A DNA stretch of 64,000 nucleotides. Source: Ostrea edulis. Taxonomy: Eukaryota. The translations under genes were made by a program, and so were the position numbers. The notes under the pieces were generated by a model. It saw only the letters and a list, made by a program, of their open reading frames with translations, was not told the DNA's origin and ran no database searches. Below, piece after piece: positions 13,252-25,100 of this stretch. The stretch is from assembly GCF_947568905.1 (NCBI RefSeq), contig NC_079169.1, forward strand, positions 16,802,001 to 16,866,000, written 5' to 3'. Numbering within the stretch: the first letter of the stretch is position 1; every line of letters starts with the position of its first letter.

Positions 13252-13790
13252 AGGTGAAGACAACGAACAGTGATCAATCTCATAACTCCTACAAGCAATA
13301 CAAAATAGATAGTTGGGCAAACACGGACCCCTGGACACACCAGAGGTGGGATCAGGTGCCTAGGACGAGTAAGCATCCCCTGTTGACCGGTCACACCCGC
13401 CGTGAGCCCCATATCCTGATCAGGTAAACGGAGTTATCCGCAGTCAAATCAGTGTGCCAAGAACGGTTCAACAAACGGTATGAAACACGTCAGACAGCAT
13501 TTGACCCAATGCGAGGTTGTATTGACGAACTAGATCGTTATAACGACCATAGAATTTGCGAAATGCTGACTTCAATCGAGACTGTTGAAATCCCTGTACC
13601 ATCAACTTGTTTGTCAGTAGCTTACCTCGATTTAAAAACTGACTATACCCAGAACAAGCTCTTGCATATCGAATCAGATGAGATATATAAACACCATATG
13701 CAGGTGATAATGGAATATTGCTACATAAATGTGGGAAGTTGACGATGGAGAAGCTGAAATCATCCCGTTTGTCATACAGTTGAGTTGTCA
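13252..13790 (-). mobile_element. PLE 3' part inserted antisense within the plus-strand PLE
   Basis: Starts at the PLE 3' terminus AAGGTGAAGA(C/T)AACGAACAGTGATC; homologous to 3742-4270. Confidence 0.8.
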
Positions 13791-13799
13791 GTTATATAT

Positions 13800-14241
13800 A
13801 CATTGTATCTCAACTCATTCATTACGCAAGAGATTGTTCTGTGTAAGGTCAGTTTTTCAACCGAGGCAGGCTACTGACAAACAAGTTGATGGTGCAGGGG
13901 TTTCAACTGTCTCGTTTAAAATCAGCATTTCGCAAATTCTATGGTCGTAATAACGATCTAGTTTGCCAATACAACCTATCATTGGGTCAAATGCTGTCTG
14001 ACATGTTTCATACCGATTGTTAGGTCGTTCTTGGCACACTGATTTTGACTATAGATAACTCCATTTTCCTGATCAAGATAGAGGGCTCGCGAAGGGTGTG
14101 ACTGGTCGACAGGGGATGCTTACTTCTCCTAGGCACCTGATCCCACCTCTGGTGTGTCCAGGGTTCCGCGTTTGCCCAACTCTTTTTAGTATTGCTCATA
14201 AGAGTTGTGAGATTGATCATTGTTCGTTATCTTCACCTTTC
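13800..14241 (+). mobile_element. PLE 3' end (final part of the interrupted copy)
   Basis: Runs from TATCTCAACTCATTC... to ...GTTATCTTCACCTTT, the reverse complement of 13252-13700. Confidence 0.8.
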
Positions 14242-14324
14242 ATTAATGAAATATGAAGATAACGAACAGTGTTCAATCTCATAATTCCTATAAATAATAC
14301 ATAATTAAGAGTAGGACAAACCCA

Positions 14325-14513
14325 TCCTTCTGATGAGACAGTAAAAACCGGTCCCGTGTCACAGCAGGTGTGGCACATTAAAGATCCCTCCCTCCTTAAA
14401 GACCCAAAGTGCCGAGCATAGGCCTACATTTTGCAGCCGTCACCGGCAATGCTGACGTCTCCATATGAAGAAAAAAATCTCGAGAGGGACATTGAACAAT
14501 ATGCAATCAATCA
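14325..14513 (+). mobile_element. Deu-domain SINE-like element, 5'-truncated
   Basis: Homologous to 8272-8535; ends in CAATCAATC. Confidence 0.7.
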
Positions 14514-14564
14514 GAACTTAGCTGATAACAGACAATTTAACTTTTTTCTATACTGAAAATGGAT

Positions 14565-14822
14565 TGATGATTGCAAATTCTTTAACGTCCCTCTTGAGAA
14601 TTTTTCACATATTTGGAGGTGTTAACATTGCAGGTGAAGGGCTGCAAAATTTAGGCCTATGTTCGGTGCTTTCGCCCTTTGAGTAGGGAGGGATCTTTAT
14701 CATGTTACACCTGCTATGACACAGGGCCTCGTTTTTTGCGGTCTCATCCGAAGAACCGCCCCATTTCGTCGCCTCTTACAAGCAAGGGGGTACTGCGAAC
14801 CTATCCCGGATCCCCACGGGAC
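14565..14822 (-). mobile_element. Deu-domain SINE-like element, near full length
   Basis: Reverse strand starts CCCGTGGGGATCCGGG...CTTGCTTGTAAGAGGCGACG and continues into the Deu-like domain. Confidence 0.75.
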
Positions 14823-15161
14823 CTGAAAATGGATAACCTACATGTGTATGCAACCATATACATGTAATTGTAAAAGAAAACTAAGCACGTTCTGTCTGAG
14901 AAACTATAAAACATACCGTATTTCTTTGATACTCGTCTGTACAAGGACTGGTTGGGATGATATGAAAATGTTGCAGTTATTCTTCAAGTAGTTTCTCCAC
15001 CTTATTTTGTCACACTTTCTGATTGCTTTAAATGATGTTTGATAATGTAATCCTGCACTTTCAATGCTATATATTTTCCTAGTTATGGCATTACAGAATC
15101 AACCATATTGTGAAACCAGAACTTCCTCCCAGAAGCTAGGTCAAACACTAGTAATAAAAAC

Positions 15162-15335
15162 TTTATTTTCATAACATTTTCATACATCAGAAGATTCAGA
15201 ATTAGAGTTGAGCCAATTGACAAATGTTTTTCTGTTCATGAAATGGAGACAACCATTTTATTGTATATAAAATGACACTGACAAGGGTCAGAAGTAGTTT
15301 TAAATAAAACACAAAGAAATGAAGCCAGTTTTATT
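15162..15335 (-). terminator. Candidate ACOX1 polyadenylation signals (AATAAA at 15330-15335, 15257-15262, 15162-15167)
   Basis: Hexamers lie 760-930 nt past the stop codon; another is at 15893-15898. Which one is used cannot be determined. Confidence 0.35.
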
Positions 15336-16093
15336 TATGCAAAACTTTGAGATATAATTGATACTGTCCATTTCCTGATCATGGAAAATATGTCATAAAC
15401 ATTTCCTTCTCCAAAGCTTGAAAATATTCCTGTGCTTATTTTCCCTCTGCTTTCAAACATTTGAAATCATTTGACATTTACAATGTAATCTGGAACATAA
15501 AATATTTGTGAAATAACAATTAAAAACTTTACAAGAGGAACTATAAACTGAAAATAGAACAGGAATCAAGTAATTTTTATACAAAACATTAACTCAACAC
15601 TTCTACATCACATAATACATGTATCATAGATGTATAAATGGAATGTTCAATCAAAATTTTAAAATATATCACCAATGTATTAAAATTCAAAACATTATAG
15701 AAAATATTAAAATGTAGATTTGTACAGTATTTAAAAAGCTTGAATTAAGAGTATTTAAAATTAGAACAGATTTGTACATAAAGTTGCTAAATAAATGTAC
15801 ATGTACACTGTACCAAAAGTCATTGAAATATGAGCAAAGGACCAAAATCCCGCTGTAACATTTTCCTTGATAGTCAGGGGAGATAATAATATTTTATTAT
15901 ATGCATATTCTATCAAATTTGAATTCCGGTTTCCAAAATAAATAAATTCTGCATACATTAAAACAACAAATGTCCATATAATCTATACAACATATTAGGG
16001 TTTTTTAAATATCACTATAACAAGAAAATGGCAATAAGTTTCTACAGAATCACAGTAATCACATTGAAATCACAGACTGCTTCAGAATGTTTT

Positions 16094-16171
16094 TTACAGC
16101 TTTGAAAATTGCTGAATGGATCCATTTCCTTGCTGAGCAGGTTTAATATATTTGAAATAGGAATCAAGCAC
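16094..16171 (-). CDS. ACOX1: ACOX1 exon 14 coding part with PTS1 (78 nt incl. stop)
   Basis: [28 protein letters not shown] after a TTTTGTAG acceptor. Confidence 0.92.
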   Translation of the reverse strand: MLDSYFKYIKPAQQGNGSIQQFSKL

Positions 16172-19100
16172 CTACAAAATTGAGTAACAATTAAGAACAA
16201 TAAACACATCTCTTTCTCTGATAATATATTCTTAAGATGTGAATATGTAGATCTTAGAGGGGAGATCACCACAATCCCAAGAATCCCACCCCCGTTGATG
16301 GCTCCAAAATTTTGGATGGATGCTCAAACATCCTTTCTTTGGGTGATCGCAAGCACCCCCAAGGTTACAGAACTGTGTCTATACATACACACCACACACA
16401 CTGTTGAGAAAGTTACAGAACTGTGTCTATACACACACACCACACACACACTGTTGAGAAAGTTACAGAACTGTCCCTATACACACACACCACACACACA
16501 CTGTTGAGAAAGTTACAGAACTGTGTCTATACACACCCACACCCACCACACACTGTTGAGAAGGTTACAGAACTGTCCCTATACTTTACGTTCTCTTCCA
16601 CACTATGGATTGCTCCTTACCTCCTTCTCATTCAGTGGAGAACTTTTGGCGTATTCATACAGAGCCTGGTAGACTTGTCCATCGTAACGCCCCAGACAGC
16701 TCTGCAATACTTCATCTGGGTAATCGAACGCATCCACTAAAGCCACAGCGTTGGGTCTGATCTCTGCCAGAAGATCCATCAATTTATTCTTCAGAAGGTG
16801 TACTTGATTCGAGTCAAAAAATCCGTCCTGAAATGGTAATACAAAAGGAGCAAAATTAAATAAGACTACATACAAGGTGCACATATACATGTACCACAGT
16901 TGCATGATTTTCAAACACTTGTAGCTATGATTTTAACCAAGAACACTGAGCAATCTAAATTTTACTCGTGCGATCAATTTACATAATACGCTAAATCTAT
17001 CCGTACCTGTATGAATCCACCAAGATTTTCTATGATGCCATGAACAGCATACAACTTGCATAGACTGGTCAGAGCTAGTTTAACATCGGCATCCATCTTG
17101 GAATTCATTACTGTCTCGACAAAATGTTTCGTAACAAATGCATGGCAATGGGCCTAAAGGAAACATTTAAGCAAGGCTTTAAGTTCAAAAGATACATTTT
17201 CTTATAAATTTGTAATTCAAGCCAAAGTTCGAATATACTGATATTTTGACAATAAATAATATGATTACGGTGTGACCGTTGGGACGAGCGCAGCATATCT
17301 GAATACATTTTCAAAAAATCTATGTTGAAAACAAGGAAAACTGGTCTGGTTCACTGTCAATAAGTAGGATTATTATATACTTTCAATTTCATCTCTTCTT
17401 TTTTCTTTAAAAGTTTGCGGGCATATATCACACGATATATGCCCGGAAACATTCCGGCCCGCAAACATTACGTCACAATCAAATTTCTACGCCGTTAATT
17501 TTCAAATTTTTCGTGTTTTTCATCTTTTACTCAGTTAAACCGATAAAGTTATTGTTAAAAATAAAATTATTGTTAGTTTCTAAATGAAATTGAAAGTATA
17601 TAATAAAAAGGTTATATACTTTGTATGGGAAATATGACGACCTCGTTTTTTGTCGCGAACGGACCTCGCAAGCTCGGTCCGTCTACGTGCCATAAAACTC
17701 GGTCGTCATATTTTCCCATACAAAGTCTATAACCTATAATTACTGTCTTGCTCTTCTCGCCAATGTGGAACCAGTTTAGCGGGAAATGCAACGAGCGTGT
17801 TGTGACGTAGCCTGGTAGTTGTGACGTGACTGTTTACATTTCTTTAGACAATATTTTAAAAAGAAAAAGAAAGGGGTAAGAATATGATTGTCATCCTTTC
17901 CTTTCAAATAAGAAAGGTTTGTAATACTTCAAAGATTTTTTATTATTATTATTTTACAAATCGAACCATCCGCCATTTTGTACGAGGGACTTCTGGGATT
18001 GGCGTCAAAAAAAAATTCTTGTTAGAGGTTGAGATTTAGCTTGGATTATTTCCCGCGCTCTAGTCATTAGAGCTCGCAGTACGAGCCAGCGCTCTGCGCT
18101 GGCTCGCTATAAAATACTGAAATATAATAACTGCTTAATGCGGGAGTCAAACTTTTGAAGAACTTACTGTCGCAGCCCATGTCAACATCACTGTAGAGCC
18201 ATTCCAAGCCTCTATTGGTGATTTTCCGGACTGTACCAAGTTCTGCATGCTGGTAGCAGCATCTGTTACCATTCTACAAATACAGTACCACAGCTGTCTC
18301 TAACTCTGTAAACAAAGCTAGTAAGCCATTTTATTCATCTTTGTTATCTGTTTTACTGTTTGCCCCTAGATTTCTCACAAACTTATCAATGGATTTCATT
18401 CACATTTTGAAGTGAATTTTGACAAAAGAACAAATTGATCTGGATTTCAGGCAGATCTGGGTACATAGAATTTTGACGATAACAAAATAAAAACAAAAAA
18501 CTCATCTATTTCGATTTCACCCTTGAAAAAAAACAATACAAGAATTTTATACGCGGATTGATCAGATACGTTACAAACATACCGTGCTGCTCGGTGTTCA
18601 TAGGCCATGACTAGGCATTTAAGGGCAACATCCTCGGCCATACAGGATTTCTTGTTCAGATCGACATTTAAATATTGCACAAAACTAGGAAGTGATTCTC
18701 CTTGTTGCATCTTCTGATACATCTTCATCAAAAACCTACGACAATAAAGAAAAACTTGTAATACACATATATATATATTGGGAATGACATTCTTGAGGTG
18801 TAAGTTTTAAAGTGTACAGCATGTTATGATGAATTTTACAAAATAATGAATTCTTGTAAATCTCAAAGACATTTCTTGCTCACAAATTAAAGTTGGTTTA
18901 CACCAAGCATGAAATAAACACACACTACATATAAAACCATAACTGAATTTGTAAAATCCCTATTCTGAATAAACACACGCTACATACAAAACTAAAACAG
19001 TTTGTAAAGTCTCAATTCTGAATTTTCTCACCTGGCCACTTGCAGCATCATGACATTGTTTTCTCCTTCGTAAGTACAACCAGGCACACAGTCGACGTAA

Positions 19101-22100
19101 ATCTTCGGCAGACCACTAGCGTGAGAGTACCCATGACCTCCACAACACAGGCGACATGTCTCTACCCCGGCAGAACACGTCCAGGTGCTGAAAGCCTTTA
19201 GTCCAGCAGAAATGGCATGAAGCTATAGAATTTAAGAATTGTTATCACATGGTTAATACCATTAAATTCTAAACATTAGTGATAAAACAGCACCGAATAA
19301 AAACGTTTTCTCTAAATCGGAAAGATTCGATTAACTTCTTTCTCGTCTCAGTTTCGTTGACCCCAAAATTTTGGATGTGGGTCTGAAATTACCTGGGGCA
19401 TAGACTCCAGATTTCCATCCTCAATTTCCGCTGTCGCTTTAAGGTAAAAATCGTACATGAACCGCCCAGCAAAGTACATAGCATAAGAGGTGGCAAGTAG
19501 TGGAAACAGCTTGTATTGTTGAGTTTGGTAGTCTATAATCTGTGCCTCTTCACCTCTATAAACAAAATAGTTCGCATTCAGAAAAGATCTTCAACACAGT
19601 AAAAGGTCCTAAGTACCCCCTGCTTGTCGTAAGAGGCGATTAAATGGGGCGGTCCTTCCGATGAGACCGCAAAAACCAGGGCTCTGTGTCACAGCAGATG
19701 TGGAACGATAAAGATCTCTTCCTACACAAAGGCTTTAAACGCCAAGCATAGGCCTAAATTTTGTAGCCCTTCACCCGGCAATGGCGACATCTCCATATGA
19801 ATGAAAGATTCTCGAGTGGGACGTTAAACAATATACAATCAATCAATATTTAAATGATTTTTCATGGGATGTTTCTAAATCATTTTCTCAAAATTACTGT
19901 TTCATTGTCCAAGTCCAAACAAATTGTAAATCTTATTATAGTTGGATTATACATAACAACAAAAAGCACAGGTGCCAGGTTAAAACTGATCAATAAAACA
20001 ATTAACAAAACGAAGCTCATTACTCCCATGTATGTTAACACCTAATAAACAGCAACAAGCTAGCCCATTCACTGTTACACAGGAAAGGTCCAAGCAGAAA
20101 TAAATACATGTTTCAATTGACTGATGGTATATATCCTGCAAATATTTTGCGAGATCAAAAGAGAAAAACAAGGAAATATGTTTTATAGGACTTAAATTTC
20201 ACTTTAAAAAATCAAAAGTTTGAGAGCTCAAGAGCTTAGGTATATAGAAAAAAAATTTACAACTTTAATTTCATTTTGAGAAATCAATAAGTTCAAGCCA
20301 TCGAGAGTCATCTGTAATTACCCGTTCAATTCAGTAGATTTTCATTCACCTATGTTTTGTCAAAAAAAGAAAATCAATTGCTAATTCAATTTTCATATAA
20401 TATCCTTTACGGAGGAACTTCTGTTTACATCACAGAGGCTTGCTTTTTATGGAAAGTTATTCGAGTACACATATAAAATCTAAAATCTATATATTTTGTA
20501 AAATAATCGAGACGGTGGATATCAGCTGGGATAGCTTGTTAGAGTGTCTGACTAGTGAATATCAGCTGAGATAGCTCAGTGGTTAGAGAGCCTGACTAGT
20601 GGATATCAGCTGAGATAGCTCAGTGGTTAGAGTGTCTGACTAGTGGATATCAGCTGAGATAGCTCAGTGGTTAGAGTGTCTGACTAGTAGATATCAGCTG
20701 AGATAGCTCAGTGGTTAGAGTGTCTGACTAGTAGATATCAGCTGAGATAGCTCAGTGGTTAGAGTGTCTGACTAGTAGATATCAGCTGAGATAGCTCAGT
20801 GGTTAGAGAGCCTGACTAGTAGATATCAGCTGAGATAGCTCAGTGGTTAGAGTGTCAAACTAGTGGATATCAGCTGAGATAGCTCAGTGGTTAGAGTGTC
20901 TGACTAGTGGATATCAGCTGAGATAGCTCAGTGGTTAGAGAGCCTGACTAGTGGATATCAGCTGAGATAGCTCAGTGGTTAGAGAGCCTGACTAGTAGAT
21001 ATCAGCTGAGATAGCTCAGTGGTTAGAGAGCCTGACTAGTAGATATCAGCTGAGATAGCTCAGTGGTTAGAGAGCCTGACTAGTATAAGGAAGGGCCCCC
21101 GGGGCTGATTTCCTACCCAGTCATATATTTTCTCCTTTCCCACTACACTATTTAATTTATGGAATATTAGGAACACATTATGTACATGTCTAGGTTGTGG
21201 GATACAATAGAGACTAGGGCTGAAACGATACGCCCCCTTCACGATACGATACATATTGCAATACTTATGCCACATTCAAAACTTTCAATACGATACAATT
21301 CACAAAAGAAACCAATAATAACATTGAAGAAAAGATTAATTACCAAGATTCACATTCATGATTTTAAAAGCAAAATGTTTCCAAATTGTCAAACTGTAAG
21401 ATGCATGTTGGCTCTGTAGTATAAACTGATAAAGTTCATTATTATTTTCACAAGACTCAAGGCAAACAACAGTCTAGATGTTATTTGACGCTATTTTGTC
21501 ACTCATGTAAAATAATCATTGCAGGCTGAACCTGGCCCCAAGACCATAAACTGAGAATAGATTTATGTCTAACTTTCAAATCCAGCTAACTTTGGAAATA
21601 ATTTTCATAAACAAATAAAACTTTCAGTGTATGTTTGAATTTGATTTGATTTTATAAACCTGCAGTTTTTCAAACATCTGCGCTAGATAAATCTTCAGAT
21701 ATAAGTAATCAATATTTTTACTTAAGTCTATTCTCAGTTTNNNNNNNNNNNNNNNNNNNNNNNNNNNNNNNNNNNNNNNNNNNNNNNNNNNNNNNNNNNN
21801 NNNNNNNNNNNNNNNNNNNNNNNNNNNNNNNNNNNNNNNNNNNNNNNNNNNNNNNNNNNNNNNNNNNNNNNNNNNNNNNNNNNNNNNNNNNNNNNNNNNN
21901 NNNNNNNNNNNNNNNNNNNNNNNNNNNNNNNNNNNNNNNNATGACGACAACAACTGTCAACTCTTGAAATAACTCATTCAATTCTTGAGTCAAAGTTAAA
22001 CCAGTCCAAGAAAATTTCCACTCTTGAAATATCAACTCTTGAAAACAAGTGTCAACTCTTAAGATAATTCATTCAACTCTTGAGATAAATCATATTTCGT

Positions 22101-25100
22101 GACAAAGAAATGTAAACTTCATTTCCAATATATTACTTCCAATGGAGTTCTTTTCTTGAATAACAAATATATTCACAAAAACATGTTCATTTATATTTCT
22201 TAATCAATGTTTACAGCTATCTGACTTGACCATGAAAGAGCGCGGGAAATGGCGCTCGGCCCATTCGATCGAAGATTACATGTTTACACCCAGATTTAGT
22301 ATTAAAATCTCAAAAAATGCGTCCAAAAGAAATATTTTGGTAAAATTGTACGAAATTAACACATTGGGTTTCAGATAATTATCTTGAGTTAATGCGTTGG
22401 CAAGAATATATCAGTTCTCTCAGGCAAGACGTTTTCTCCTTGTTGATAAATAGGATAGCGTGGCGCGTATGGATACAGAGAAATAGTGCAGAGTTTAATA
22501 TTAAAATTCTAATTACACACAATTTCTGCTTGATAAATACAACAGATCACATACAAGGAAGACTTCTTCAATCTGACATAAAACAGAATTTATATATAAC
22601 AGTTTAATAAAAATGGAACATAGTATCAATGTGAACTATTTTTTGATAGGCGATAAATCGGCTAATTAACATAATTTTCAGACATAAGAGGAGACAGCTG
22701 TTTACCCAGAATTCCTAGAGAAAAATAGACCATGTTTTCCCTGTCTATATGTGAAAATGCGAATGAATACAGAAGCAATGCAAATCGTTTCCTACAGTCC
22801 AATTCTGTTTTTCTAAGATCGTGGAATAAAATGTTGGCAAACGACAAATAATTTTGATCTTGTTTACAAACCTAAACACTAATTCGCGATTCCTTTTGAT
22901 GTGTGGACTTTGTTTCATATCGAAGGGATAAAAATTGCGATTTCATAAATTCTTATTTAACTCGCTTATCGTAGAGGGTAAACATATGGATCCTATATCA
23001 ATCTCAAAGTGAATTGTGACAGCTTTTACGTTGCATTAGCATATGTGACAACAAATTTCTTATATTAAAAATCAAAGTGATTTCGCAAATGGTAGTGATT
23101 AAAACAGGGCGCCATTGAAGCTGGGGTCTGACATACGAGGCTGACTTACGTCACCTCGAAAAATCAGTTTGATATCTCAACTTCTTTTGTGGTTGGTAAA
23201 ACAAAGCATTACCCAGTGTTACTAATAAGTAAACCTACCCTGGTTTGACCTCTGTTTGTCGTCGGACTGCGCTGTACCGAATGGAAATTACACAGGCCTG
23301 TGCCAGGGCCCTGGAGGTGTCTGTCACAATGACTGCCCTAACCAATACCATGGAGCCATAAGCAATCTTAGCATTTTGGGGCTTCACAAAAGTCCCATCT
23401 TCCAGTACCTTTTCCATAAATAAAAGCTTGGTTCACAATAAGATCCTTTCCAATACATCAATTTCGAGATAAGAGCTCTTCTGTGAAGAAGGTGCATTTA
23501 GTGGAGCTTTTAATGCAGAAGTCATTCGGCAAACTTCAGCAGATTCCGGTATCCTACATCTAACCTCCGATGTATAATGTATTGATATGTAGCTATGCTT
23601 AACATTTGTAATGCGATCGTCTATTTACTCTCCTGGAAAAACTGACGCTTTGTTTAAGAAGGTAGTGATCAAAATGGCTTTTTTTTTTCAACGAATTTAG
23701 CGAGTTTGCCTTAGAAAACTGTCCTCTATTTTGAAAAAAAAAAAACATAATTCGCCAAGAGAAACAGCTACAAACATTGAGAGTGTCATACGTTAAAATG
23801 GACTGTATTTCGCTGTCAGTACTTCCAGTTGATCAGTGGTGTTAAACATGTTGTTATACGTCACTGTATACGTACTATGGCGAAAAACATCATACATCCG
23901 AGGTTAGATGGAATCGACTGAGGTGATCTGCACTTTTAATGATGAAGTGACACAGAGTGGACCTACTGTCAGCAAATAAGACGATAAAATGTATTAAATG
24001 CAGCTTCTCTTTCAGAATGTAAATGTCGGAAATACAAAATACTATCGAAAGAAATACTTTACTAAAGTGGAACATAAAAACAATGTCATATTTACAAATA
24101 ATTTCCTGGAAATGATACATATGAGCAATGAAATAACGTGATATAATAAGAATTCTATGTATTTGATTACTCCCTGAGTACTTATCATTTACTTTTAAAT
24201 AGTTTATGTAACAGTCAAATTTGGGTGATGAAACTGCATATGAGAAACTTATTGAGATGATTCACTTGTGCAAAGCTGAATATTTGTCCCACTCCCGCAT
24301 GTAAACAAATTGTTTTGTGCCTTATTATGTACAAGAGTTCTCCAAAGGGAAATAACTCGGACATATCTCGAAACTGGCATATTGTTTTACAACATAGTTA
24401 AACGTAAATGTACATTTCAATGATAAAAGTTGTTTTCTTTTTTTGTAACTCTGTTTACCTTGGAATATCTCATCAGCATGTTATCTCTTGGAATTCTGAC
24501 TTTGTTCAGTCTGAGGTAACCATTATCATTTGAGCCATATCCAAACTTGGGACCTATATCACCAACCTCCACACCTAAAAATATTGACAAGTCATACTAA
24601 AAGTATAACAATAACAGCCATAAAGAGGATAAGAAATGTGATCACTTTCTTTGAGCATGTGAAATTACTATGTGTTCATAATTTTAGAAACATGTAAATA
24701 GAATAGTGCATGTAATGCATGTGACCCCCCCCCCCCCCCCCCATTAAATAGTGATTTCAAGCTTAGAAACAAAAGACATAATATGGAACTTGAAAACAAA
24801 TGGCAATAGCAGTCTATGCGAAAGTTTTTTGGACCACACAGGACATTCAGTCCTGTGTAATCAATGAACACACCGGACCAAACCAAATTTTGTCAGACCG
24901 AAAAACCTAATGTAAACAAGAGATGTTTGTAAAACACATATGCCCCCCATGGTGCAAAATTGAAAAGGGTTATACACACACATCATTTAATTGAGAGTAG
25001 AATCATCAATTCAAAATATTGAGCAGAAAATATTTTCCTATGTCAAGAGTGGATTGACCATGTGACCTAAAAATCAATAGGGGTCATCAACTCCTGAAGA

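Noticed and set aside
14328-14360. Hammerhead-like CTGATGAG...AAAA (also CTGATGA in the 21-bp array and at 58668)
   Set aside because: No stem II followed by GAAA or closing stems; 14328 is a point variant of the Deu-domain TCGGATGAGAC.
20515-21084. CRISPR-like regularly spaced repeats (also 33146-33553 and 55373-55647)
   Set aside because: Units are head-to-tail with no unique spacers; eukaryotic context; no cas genes.
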